64,000 bases of DNA from Terriglobia bacterium (GCA_020072585.1 JAIQGL010000006.1:101808-165807), one strand, 5' to 3'. Numbered from the stretch's first letter, positions 44,312 to 52,968 are shown. The notes: a model not told the origin generated them from the letters alone. Translations and numbers: made by a program.

Positions 44312-45493
44312 CTACTGCACCGCGTTCAGCGCGCTCTTCCTCACCTCGCCGATCGTCAACAGCGGATCTTTCGCGCCGGTCTTGGGCGCGATCCATTTCT
44401 TTTCTGACCCGATAATGTCCATCAGCAGCTTCTTGTCCGCGGCTGTCGGCAGCCAGCTTTCAATCTGCTGCTTGTATTCCTTTTCTTCCATCGGCTGGCC
44501 TGTCTGCGGATGGAACATCTGGCCTTTCCAGCGGCCAATCATGCGGTTGAACTGGATGTTGGGACAGTAGAGCTCTGTGCTGCCCGGGCGCTGCCCGGCG
44601 CTGATTCGCTTTACCAAACCCACGCACTCGTCGCGATAAAGATGGCGGTTGTAATCGTTTAAGTTATCCAGGTCCGGCGCTGTTTCATTCTTCAACTCGT
44701 CGTAGCGGCCCTTGAGTCCCCAGGTGTAAGCCCAGTGCGCAGACGACGAGTGGTCGGTGCCAAACAGATCATAGGCGCTCGAGATCCACTTGTTCAGATA
44801 CTTCTGCATCAGCCAGCCGGGGACCACGCCGGCTTCGGCGATGCGCGCCAGTCCGGTGTTGCCCGTGCCCATGTGGAAGGCCTCTTCACGCAGCATGTAG
44901 CTCATCGACCGGCCCAGCGGCGCAAAGGCCGAGTACTTCAGCATCTGTAGCTGGAACTTGCCGTCGCGGTCTACAAAGTCAGTGAAGGCAAAAAAGTCCA
45001 GCCAGTTGTCGCACTCTTCATTGAACGATCCCAGCAGCCGCTTGTTCTCATAGGCCTTGCGCTCCAGCATCTTCTGCGCTTCCACTTTTCCGGTGGTGCC
45101 GAAATGGTCAATCAGCAGGGCGCACATCTGCCAGCCGTGGCGCATCTCCTCGATCATCACCCGCGTGAGCGACGAGCGATCGTAGTCACTGGGCGCGGTC
45201 TCAAACAGGTAGCGCTGCTGCTCCACGCTGGCGAACTCAGTATCGCCCTGGTAGACGATCAGATTCATCAAAGCATCGCGCATGTTCTGCGTGGGGATCT
45301 GGCGGACATTCTCCCACTTATTGCGCCCCTTGTAATAGCCGAAGGAGATTTCATCCGTCTCAATCGCGCCGTACAGCGTATCGAACTTAAAATTGCGTAT
45401 ATCGTCGTGATTGACGCCGATTTCCTCGCGCCAGCCCTTGAACAGCCCTTCCCAATCACTAAACGACCCGATCTTCATTATTTTCCCCGGCAT
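44312..45493 (-). CDS. BoxB-type diiron oxygenase (benzoyl-CoA 2,3-epoxidase-like), short form
   Basis: QGDTEFASVEQQRYL, EEMRHGW (ExxH), FVDRDGKFQLQML, LREEAFH (ExxH) and GLKGRYDE match my recollection of Azoarcus BoxB. 393 aa against ~470 for the canonical protein. Confidence 0.75.
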   Translation of the reverse strand: MPGKIMKIGSFSDWEGLFKGWREEIGVNHDDIRNFKFDTLYGAIETDEISFGYYKGRNKWENVRQIPTQNMRDALMNLIVYQGDTEFASVEQQRYLFETAPSDYDRSSLTRVMIEEMRHGWQMCALLIDHFGTTGKVEAQKMLERKAYENKRLLGSFNEECDNWLDFFAFTDFVDRDGKFQLQMLKYSAFAPLGRSMSYMLREEAFHMGTGNTGLARIAEAGVVPGWLMQKYLNKWISSAYDLFGTDHSSSAHWAYTWGLKGRYDELKNETAPDLDNLNDYNRHLYRDECVGLVKRISAGQRPGSTELYCPNIQFNRMIGRWKGQMFHPQTGQPMEEKEYKQQIESWLPTAADKKLLMDIIGSEKKWIAPKTGAKDPLLTIGEVRKSALNAVQ

Positions 45494-45542
45494 TGGTAGC
45501 TCCTCTTAATGTCTTCGATTAACGTCTCGGTACCTGGCGCGC

Positions 45543-46001
45543 TCAGCGATATCCCATCTCTGGGACGAGCTTGGTCTTGCTCTTTACAAACATCCCGCTT
45601 CCGCGCGCGATCTCTTCGTTTTGATCGTTGTACAGAACTGACTCCGCCAGAAACGATGATCCGCCGCCCCGTACAACTTTTCCCAGGGAACGGACCATGC
45701 CTCCTGACACCGGGGCCAGCAGGTACAGGTTGAAAGTGCTGGTCAACACAAAGTTGTCTTCCACAAGAGAGCTGACGGCAAAAAAAGCCGCATCATCCAG
45801 GCTCTTGAAATAGACAGACCCATGCGCGGCCTGCGCCGCATGGAAGAAGCGGCGGTCCACACTGACCTTGATCTCCGCCGTTCCCCGGCCTATCTGGATC
45901 GCCGGCTTAAAGAACTCATTGATCGGCGCAGCCAGGTACATCCGCTCCAGCTTGCGATAGTGCTCTTCGTTCTCTGCAACTGCCAGTCGGCTCGTAGCCA
46001 T
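45543..46001 (-). CDS. PaaI/hotdog-fold acyl-CoA thioesterase
   Basis: ~150 aa hotdog pattern (GTAEIKVSV...HGSVYFKSLDDAAFFA...). The ATG at 46001 overlaps the ALDH stop (TAATG). Confidence 0.65.
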   Translation of the reverse strand: MATSRLAVAENEEHYRKLERMYLAAPINEFFKPAIQIGRGTAEIKVSVDRRFFHAAQAAHGSVYFKSLDDAAFFAVSSLVEDNFVLTSTFNLYLLAPVSGGMVRSLGKVVRGGGSSFLAESVLYNDQNEEIARGSGMFVKSKTKLVPEMGYR

Positions 46002-47467
46002 TACAAGTTCATCCAAACGCTCTTCAGTTCTGTGTAATGTTCAATCGCGTGCATGCCCAGCTCGCGTCCAAAGCCTGACTGTTTGTAGCCGCCAAAGGGC
46101 AACGCTGCGTCCATTACGCCGTACGTATTGATCCACACCGTTCCCGCCTTCAACCGGCGCGAGAGCTGGTGGGCTTTCTTGATGTCATTGGTCCAGACCG
46201 CCGCGGCCAGGCCGTAGACATTTTTGTTGGCAAGTTCCGCCACCTGCTCAATATCGTCAAACGTGAGCGTGGCCAGCACCGGGCCAAAGATTTCTTCCTG
46301 GGCGATCTTCATATCGTTGTTCACGCAGCCAAAAATCGTCGGCTCAATGAAGTAACCATGATCGCCGTTGACCTGCGCGCGCTTGCCGCCGGCCAGCAGC
46401 TTTGCGCCTTCGTTCTTCCCTGCCTCGATATATCCCAGCACCGTCTGCATCTGCTTTTCGCTTACCACGGCGCCCAGCCGGGTCTTGGGATCAAGCGGGT
46501 CGCCCAGCCTGATTTTTTTCGATGACTCCACCAGCTTGGTTACGAACTCGTCTTCCGCTTTTTTCTCGATGAACAGGCGCGAACCGGCACAGCACACCTC
46601 GCCTTTGCCATAAAAGATGCCGTTGAGCGCGCCCTTGACGGCCGAATCCATTTGCGAATCGGCAAAAACAATGTTCGGCGATTTGCCGCCCAGCTCCAGA
46701 GTCACGCGTTTGAGCGTCTCGGCAGAGCTGCGCATGATCTCTTTACCCACTGAGGTTGAGCCCGTGAACGCAATCTTGTCCACGCCCGGATGCTTCACCA
46801 GCGCGGCGCCCGTCTCCGGTCCGCCGGTAACAATGTTCAGCACTCCGGCCGGCAGTCCGGCTTCCAGAGCCAGTTCGCCAAAGCGCAATGCGCTCAAAGG
46901 CGTCTGCTCCGCGGGCTTCAAAATGACAGTGTTGCCGCAGGCCAGCGCAGGCCCCAGCTTCCAGCTCGCCAGCAGAAGAGGAAAGTTCCACGCAACAATC
47001 GCACCCACCACGCCCACAGGCTCGCGCAGAGTATAGGTAAAAGCGTTGCTGAAGCTGTTGACGGTCTCGCCGTGGATCTTCGTGGCCCATCCGGCGAAGT
47101 AACGGAATACGTCCGCCACCATCGGCATGTCCACGTAGCGCGACTCAAAGATCGGCTTGCCGTTGTTCAATGTCTCCAGCTCGGCCAGCTCTTCAATGTT
47201 TTTGTCGATCAGGTCAGCGATGCGCCACAAAACTTTGCCACGCTCACTGGCGGACATCTTGCGCCACGGGCCGTTGACGTCGTCAAACGCCTTGCGCGCC
47301 GCCGCCACTGCCTGATCAACGCCGGTGGCGCCGCCTTCAGCGACTTGCGTGAGCACCTCGCCGGTTGCGGGATTGAAGGTATCGAACGTCTTTCCCGACC
47401 CCTCCGACCATTTCCCGTCGATGAGTAATTTACCGGGTACGACTTTTGCTTTGCTTGCTGCGATCAT
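46001..47467 (-). CDS. NAD(P)-dependent aldehyde dehydrogenase
   Basis: ELGGKSP and catalytic-Cys GEVCCAGSR motifs. 488 aa. Confidence 0.9.
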   Translation of the reverse strand: MIAASKAKVVPGKLLIDGKWSEGSGKTFDTFNPATGEVLTQVAEGGATGVDQAVAAARKAFDDVNGPWRKMSASERGKVLWRIADLIDKNIEELAELETLNNGKPIFESRYVDMPMVADVFRYFAGWATKIHGETVNSFSNAFTYTLREPVGVVGAIVAWNFPLLLASWKLGPALACGNTVILKPAEQTPLSALRFGELALEAGLPAGVLNIVTGGPETGAALVKHPGVDKIAFTGSTSVGKEIMRSSAETLKRVTLELGGKSPNIVFADSQMDSAVKGALNGIFYGKGEVCCAGSRLFIEKKAEDEFVTKLVESSKKIRLGDPLDPKTRLGAVVSEKQMQTVLGYIEAGKNEGAKLLAGGKRAQVNGDHGYFIEPTIFGCVNNDMKIAQEEIFGPVLATLTFDDIEQVAELANKNVYGLAAAVWTNDIKKAHQLSRRLKAGTVWINTYGVMDAALPFGGYKQSGFGRELGMHAIEHYTELKSVWMNL

Positions 47468-47587
47468 GATTTTTCAGCCTTTGGCTCTTAGCTTTTAGTT
47501 CCTGGTTGTCCATGTGGCACAGGCACTCTTGCCTGCAACCACTTGTCCATTGGCAAATCTCTTATGTCAATACAACAATCAACCCTT

Positions 47588-47810
47588 GTCATCCTGAGCA
47601 CTTGCCCCGAAGGAACGTAGCGACTGAAGGCGAGTCGAAGGATCCCGATGCTTCATCCCTGAACATGCCAATTCGGGGAGTTCTTCCCAGAATCTGGGTG
47701 AGAACGCCTTGATGCGACCTGGTTGCCCAATTCACCTTGGGATCCTTCGGCTTCGCGCCAATCGTCATTTATTCAACAACCATTCCCAGACGCGCTCCGC
47801 TCAGAATGAC
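47588..47810. repeat. Family-2 inverted-repeat element (GTCATCCTGAGC...GAAGGATCCC / GGGATCCTTCG...GCTCAGAATGAC)
   Basis: The outer (GTCATCCTGAGC vs GCTCAGAATGAC) and inner (CGAAGGATCCC vs GGGATCCTTCG) segments are mutually complementary. Confidence 0.7.
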
Positions 47811-47831
47811 AGTTCTGAAACAGTTTCCTCG

Positions 47832-47873
47832 CCATAGGGCTCCCTCGCTCCGTCCGGGATTTCAGAAAAAGCC
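47832..47873. repeat. Family-1 solo right arm
   Basis: CCATAGGGCTCCCTCGCTCCGTCCGGGATTTCAGAAAAAGCC, ending 1 nt before the crotonase stop codon. Confidence 0.8.
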
Positions 47874-48683
47874 CTACTTCGCCTTAAATGTTGCCGGCCT
47901 CTTGTCCACATACGCTGCCAGACCTTCCTTGGCATCATCGCTGGCAAAGAGCCGCTGTTGCAGTTCGCGCTCTACCGCCAGGGCTGACTCCATCGGAATC
48001 TCCCAGCCGGTCTGTACGGACCGCTTGATGTTGCCTACCGCCTTGGCGGCCTTGTTTGGCGGAGTGAACTGGCGCGCGTACTCCATGATGTTCTCCATGA
48101 AGTTGTCACGCTCATAAATGTCGTTGACGATGCCCATCTCCTTCGCTTCTTCAAAAGTGAAGGTGTTGCCGGTGACCATCAGCTCAATGGCTTTGCTCTT
48201 GCCCACCATGCGGCTCAAACGCTGTGTGCCGCCCGTGCCCGGCAGCACGCCAAGATTGATCTCAGGCAATCCAATTTTGCCGGCATCGCGGCGGGCAATG
48301 CGGATGTCGGCCGCCATGGCGATTTCCAGTCCGCCGCCCACGCAGTGCCCGTTGATCGCGGCGATCACCAGCTTGGGTGTGTGCTCCAGGCGCAGCAGCA
48401 TCTCATTTGCATGCAGACAGAAGTAATATTTGAAAGTCGGATCGACGCTGGAGAGCATCTTGATGTTGGCGCCGGCAGAAAAGAACTTGTCTCCCGCTCC
48501 GGTCAGCAGCAGAACATACACATCATTGTCCATGCGCGCTTTCAGGATGCACTCATCCAGCTGTCGGTTCATCTCGTAGGTATAAGTGTTCGCCGGCGGA
48601 TCGCACAGTTCAATAACGGCTATGCCGTCTTCAACGCGATAATTGACCAGAGTTTTGGTTTCCGTTGCTGTGGTTGTAGCCAT
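47874..48683 (-). CDS. Enoyl-CoA hydratase/isomerase (crotonase) family protein
   Basis: FFSAGANI...GHCVGGGLEIAMAADIRIA crotonase motifs. 269 aa. Confidence 0.85.
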   Translation of the reverse strand: MATTTATETKTLVNYRVEDGIAVIELCDPPANTYTYEMNRQLDECILKARMDNDVYVLLLTGAGDKFFSAGANIKMLSSVDPTFKYYFCLHANEMLLRLEHTPKLVIAAINGHCVGGGLEIAMAADIRIARRDAGKIGLPEINLGVLPGTGGTQRLSRMVGKSKAIELMVTGNTFTFEEAKEMGIVNDIYERDNFMENIMEYARQFTPPNKAAKAVGNIKRSVQTGWEIPMESALAVERELQQRLFASDDAKEGLAAYVDKRPATFKAK

Positions 48684-48735
48684 GGTTCAAAAGCTCCTTA
48701 TGAATTTCTGGAATCTAATCTTTTGCGTGCCGCCG

Positions 48736-49449
48736 TCAGGCGTTCGCCTTGGAATTTTTGCGTTTGGGTCTTCCGGGGTTCAATACGCCGCGCAGGAACA
48801 AATCGCTCATCTCCTCGGCAAGTTCTCCGGCATTCAGGTCCACCCGCGGGTTATGCCAGGTGTAAATCCAGTTGATCATCCCGAACAAGCCTAGCACTGC
48901 CATCCGTCCTGAAAATTGTAGTCCTTTTTCCCGCCGCAAATCTTCCAGCAGCTCCAGGCAAATGCGGTAGTATTCACGCTTGATCGCCCTGATCTCTGCC
49001 CCGCGGCCATTCTTCAGCGTGTCGTCTTCATGAGTAAGCACTTTCATGGCTTCCTTGTTTGCCAGAAAATACTCCAGATGGTTTTCAATGAAGATGCGGA
49101 CGCGCTGCTCCGCGCCTTTCGCGTCCTTGAGCCGCTCCTGCAGGCGTTCGATGATCGTCTCAAATGTGTGCTTCTGGATCAGGTAAAGCAGGTCTTCCTT
49201 GGAATCAAAATAATGGTACAAGCCGGCAAGAGACATGCCAGCGGCGCGGGAAAGGTCGCGCATGGAAGCGCCTTCATAGCCCTTTTCGCAGAAGATGCGC
49301 GCGGCATGGTACAGCAGCTTGGCCAGCCTGCGGTCAAAGCGGGAATCCACAACTTCCTCACCGCCTTTTTCCGCAGAAAGCACGGGACGCCCTTTACGTC
49401 CGCTGTAGGGTTCGCCAGGCAGCCGGGTTTCAAGATTTGTCGTAGCCAT
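48736..49449 (-). CDS. TetR-family transcriptional regulator
   Basis: HTH AARIFCEKGYEGASMRDLSRAAGMSLAGLYHYFDSKEDLL. The start is set at ATG 49449. Confidence 0.85.
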   Translation of the reverse strand: MATTNLETRLPGEPYSGRKGRPVLSAEKGGEEVVDSRFDRRLAKLLYHAARIFCEKGYEGASMRDLSRAAGMSLAGLYHYFDSKEDLLYLIQKHTFETIIERLQERLKDAKGAEQRVRIFIENHLEYFLANKEAMKVLTHEDDTLKNGRGAEIRAIKREYYRICLELLEDLRREKGLQFSGRMAVLGLFGMINWIYTWHNPRVDLNAGELAEEMSDLFLRGVLNPGRPKRKNSKANA

Positions 49450-49460
49450 TCGCAGATTTA

Positions 49461-49476
49461 TCGAACGTTCGTTCGA
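49461..49476. promoter_or_regulatory. Perfect palindrome TCGAACG-TT-CGTTCGA, candidate TetR operator
   Basis: The 16-bp dyad sits 12 nt upstream of the TetR ATG. It overlaps a second perfect 10-bp palindrome, CGAACGTTCG. Confidence 0.4.
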
Positions 49477-49678
49477 GTCATTATTATCGCCTGCGGGCTG
49501 CCGCAAGGTCAAATCTCGTCCCCCTCCCCAACCTGCTACCAAGAAAGCCACGCCTTGGGCATCTGAATTGCACACTTAAGGACATGTTCTTCAGTGGAAC
49601 TCCTGAGGCACGGAAAGACCAGGCTGGTAATCCGCTGAATTTACACACTTTAGAGCGCAGACCGGACAGGGCACCCGA

Positions 49679-51121
49679 ATGAAGAAACTTTGTTTACCAC
49701 AAAAGCTGCAAACAATTGCGCACAGCCTTCTGTTTTGCACATTGCTGGCCGGTTGCGGCACCGGCGCATTGCAGCATAATCAGAGTCCGGCGCCGACCCA
49801 AAATCCCCAGAGCACCACTGTCACTCAACTGCGCGTGGGGGATGCACCGGCAGACCAGGTTTTCTCTTTTGAATTAACCATTGCCAGTCCCATCAACCTT
49901 ATTCCACTGGGTGGAGGAAGCGCCTCTGCGATCTCCGTCAATCCCAACCGTCTGGAATTGAGCCGTACAGCAGGAAAGATGCAGCCTCTCGGCGTGATGG
50001 CGCTAAAGCCAGGAAGCTACGCCGCCGCAGAAATCACAATCCAGGGCCCGTCCATCACTTATACAAAGACCATGTTAACGCCGGCTCCTGTCACCTTGAT
50101 TGATCGCGTCAACGGCGTGGACCAGACCGTGCGGGTGAACTTCAATCCGCCGCTGGTAGTGGGCAATGATCCGGTTGTGCTGGACCTTGACATTAACCTG
50201 GCCAGCGCGCTGGTGAGTGCCAATGCCGGAAACATTAGTGGAACGCACTTCACCGAATCTTCATTCGCCTTTGGTGTTCACCCGATAGGGGTTGCAGGCC
50301 GGCAACAGGATGATGACGGCGAGTTTGAAGCCGAGACCGGAAAGGCTGTTGAAGTCAGCAGCAGCGGCTTTGTTCTACAGACAGGACAGAGCGGCTCGCG
50401 CCTGCCCTTCATTGTGGATGGAGGCACCACGCTTCCCAGCGGCTTGCGTCTGGCTGATCTTCAAAACAGGATCATCCAGGTTCAGGGTTTCACCCGCTCG
50501 GATGGCACGCTCTACGCACAACAAATTGAAATGCTCGGTAGCCAGAACGCTTCCCAGATGCAAGGCACTCTTACACTCGTCGGCAGTTTCAATGTTCCCA
50601 CGCTTATGGATTTTGCCGTACAGGATGGAACGGGCACAGGCTTTACCAGCGCCCAGATCGGGCAAGACTTCATGATCGACATATCTTCCGTTGCCAGCGC
50701 GTCCTTTGCAACCAACTATGGCGATTGCGACAAATCGGCGCTGGTATCGCCGGCAATCAATTTTCCTTTCGACTCGGCCCACCTCAAAGCCGGGCAACGG
50801 ATTGAAGTCATCACTGAAAGCGGCGTGACGGCTGGTCAACCAATCCTCCCATCACAGGTAAGACTTGAACAGCAGGCGATCAGCGGAACAGTTTCAGGCT
50901 TCACCGCTCTGCCGGGCGGCGCCTCAAGCTTTGACCTGCTTCTTCCCGCCGATTCATACGTAACGTTGCTCTCCGGACAAACGACGGTCCACGTTTTCGA
51001 GCAAACAATGACTGACAATCGTGCCGGGAACGTCGCGAATGGGAAAGCTGTCCGTGTGCGCGGGCCGCTTTTCTGGACAGGAACGCAGTTCAATATGGTC
51101 GCGCGACGTATTACTCAGTAA
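49679..51121 (+). CDS. Lipoprotein with DUF4382-like N-domain and DUF5666-like repeats
   Basis: Lipobox LLAGCGTG. VGDAPADQVFSFELTI N-domain. QQDDDGEFEAETGKAVEV motif. Confidence 0.6.
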   Translation: MKKLCLPQKLQTIAHSLLFCTLLAGCGTGALQHNQSPAPTQNPQSTTVTQLRVGDAPADQVFSFELTIASPINLIPLGGGSASAISVNPNRLELSRTAGKMQPLGVMALKPGSYAAAEITIQGPSITYTKTMLTPAPVTLIDRVNGVDQTVRVNFNPPLVVGNDPVVLDLDINLASALVSANAGNISGTHFTESSFAFGVHPIGVAGRQQDDDGEFEAETGKAVEVSSSGFVLQTGQSGSRLPFIVDGGTTLPSGLRLADLQNRIIQVQGFTRSDGTLYAQQIEMLGSQNASQMQGTLTLVGSFNVPTLMDFAVQDGTGTGFTSAQIGQDFMIDISSVASASFATNYGDCDKSALVSPAINFPFDSAHLKAGQRIEVITESGVTAGQPILPSQVRLEQQAISGTVSGFTALPGGASSFDLLLPADSYVTLLSGQTTVHVFEQTMTDNRAGNVANGKAVRVRGPLFWTGTQFNMVARRITQ

Positions 51122-51504
51122 AGCAACTGGAACATAATTTCCATAGCATGAGTCGTTTGATTTTTCTCCCGTCCTATGCGGTTCATCCTGTATTTTTTCA
51201 CGGTCACATCGCCACTTAAATAAGATTAAGCGGCGTTTTAATCATCGTGAAACGCCAGACGCTCGCTTCCCGGGCTTCCACTCCGCTCCCTCCATACAAC
51301 TCCAGTTCTGCTCAGATTAAATTTTCTAATGATTCATCGCGATTTTACAGGGGATCTGGCAGGGTGAGCGCCCAAGAAACTTGTTCCAGAGCGACTGTGC
51401 CAACTGTCTCACAACCCAGAGCCAGAAATTAAGGACTTTCGACGGTGGACTGAGAAACGCTCAAAATTCTCTAAACAGCTTGGTCCCCTCCAGGAGAGAT
51501 ACAA

Positions 51505-52908
51505 ATGAAAACACAGAATTGCAAGCCCTCTTTCAACCAGGTGGCCAGGTTTCTTTCCGCTTTCATGCTGATTGCGTTAATCGCGCTGGCTGTTGGCTGC
51601 GGTGGCGGCGGATCATCCATCACGGCTGGTCCAACCCCAACTCCCGCTGCCGGGACCACATCCACACAAGTCCGCTTCGGTGATGCGCCGGCCGACAGCG
51701 TGATTGCATTTGAAGTTTCCGTATCGTCCTTGTCGCTCACGCCGGCCGGTGGCGGATCGCCGGTTTCTGTTGCCGTCCCTGCCTCCAATCGCATTGAGTT
51801 GACCCACGCTTCAGGAAAATTTGAACCATTTGTCGCCGGTAACCTGCCTCAGGGCACATTCTCTGCCGCCAACCTCACGCTGGTCAATTCTGAACTCACA
51901 TTCCTGAGCAGCGCCGGGACTGCGGTCCACATCAACGGCCCGGCCAGCGCTTCCATCACTGTTCCTCTCAGCCCGAACCTCACCATCGGCTCGAGCCCGC
52001 TGGTCCTGAATATTGATGTAAATGTGGGAGCTTCCATCACCACGGCTGCGGGTATAGTCAACGGCATTGCGTTTACTCCGGCCTCGTTCAATATCACCTC
52101 CAAGGCGCCCGGCGTAGCCGCAAACCAGGAAGACGATGATGGCGAAATTGAAGACGTTCAGGGAACAGTAACGGCAGTCAACGGATCCAGCTTCACCTTC
52201 AAGGTTGGCCAGACCGGTTCGTCGCTTACCTTCACCACCGATGCCACCACGCAATTCAAAGATGGCGTCACCAGCGTCGCCACCCTGTTGAACCAGGTTG
52301 TGACCGTGCAAGGCTTCACCAAGTCCGATGGCAGCCTGTTCGCCAAGGAAGTGGAAGGCCTGGAAAGCAATACTGGCGGAGAAGTGGAAGGTTTGATCAC
52401 CGCCATCAGCGGAACCACGCTGACCGTAAACGCCAATGACGGCATCGGCAACGGATTTGACGACACGAAGATCGGCGAGAGCTTCAGCGTAAACATCGCC
52501 GGACTCAACGCCAGCAAGTTCCGCGTAAAAGGCGGTAACGGATTTGGCGGTCAGGTCCCGGCTGGATTGACCTTCAGCGCCACCACCATTCACCAGGGTC
52601 AGCGCATTGAAGTTGATACTGACGTGGCTGTGCCTCCGGCCAACGGCGCTATCTCTCCTGACAAGATCAACCTACAGCAGCAGGGCGTCTCCGGTGTCGT
52701 GGCCAACGCCGCAGCTAATACCTTCGACATCAACCTAGCAACCGATTCGGCCCTGAGAACCATCTCCGGTCAGACGGTGGTCCACGTAACCAAAACGTCC
52801 TCTACCGATAGCCGCGTGACCGTGGCGAACGGCGGAACCGTCCAGGTACGCGGTCTGCTCTTCTGGAACGGAACGTCATGGCAACTGGTGGCCCGCCGCA
52901 TCCGGTAG
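51505..52908 (+). CDS. Paralogous lipoprotein (DUF4382-like / DUF5666-like)
   Basis: Lipobox LAVGCGGG. FGDAPADSVIAFEVSV and QEDDDGEIEDVQGTVTAV. Colinear with the preceding gene. Confidence 0.6.
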   Translation: MKTQNCKPSFNQVARFLSAFMLIALIALAVGCGGGGSSITAGPTPTPAAGTTSTQVRFGDAPADSVIAFEVSVSSLSLTPAGGGSPVSVAVPASNRIELTHASGKFEPFVAGNLPQGTFSAANLTLVNSELTFLSSAGTAVHINGPASASITVPLSPNLTIGSSPLVLNIDVNVGASITTAAGIVNGIAFTPASFNITSKAPGVAANQEDDDGEIEDVQGTVTAVNGSSFTFKVGQTGSSLTFTTDATTQFKDGVTSVATLLNQVVTVQGFTKSDGSLFAKEVEGLESNTGGEVEGLITAISGTTLTVNANDGIGNGFDDTKIGESFSVNIAGLNASKFRVKGGNGFGGQVPAGLTFSATTIHQGQRIEVDTDVAVPPANGAISPDKINLQQQGVSGVVANAAANTFDINLATDSALRTISGQTVVHVTKTSSTDSRVTVANGGTVQVRGLLFWNGTSWQLVARRIR

Positions 52909-52934
52909 CAGAAGAGCTTCGCTCGCTCCTGACT

Positions 52935-52968
52935 GGCCGCATCCCCCAAAAGGGTGCGGCCTTTTTTA
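52935..52968 (+). terminator. Rho-independent terminator
   Basis: GGCCGCA...TGCGGCC stem followed by TTTTTTATTT. Confidence 0.6.

Noticed and set aside
41717-48683. Either crotonase gene being BoxC (2,3-epoxybenzoyl-CoA dihydrolase)
   Set aside because: BoxC is a roughly 550-aa two-domain protein, whereas these are ordinary 263- and 269-aa single-domain crotonases. They may still act in ring opening, but they cannot be called BoxC.
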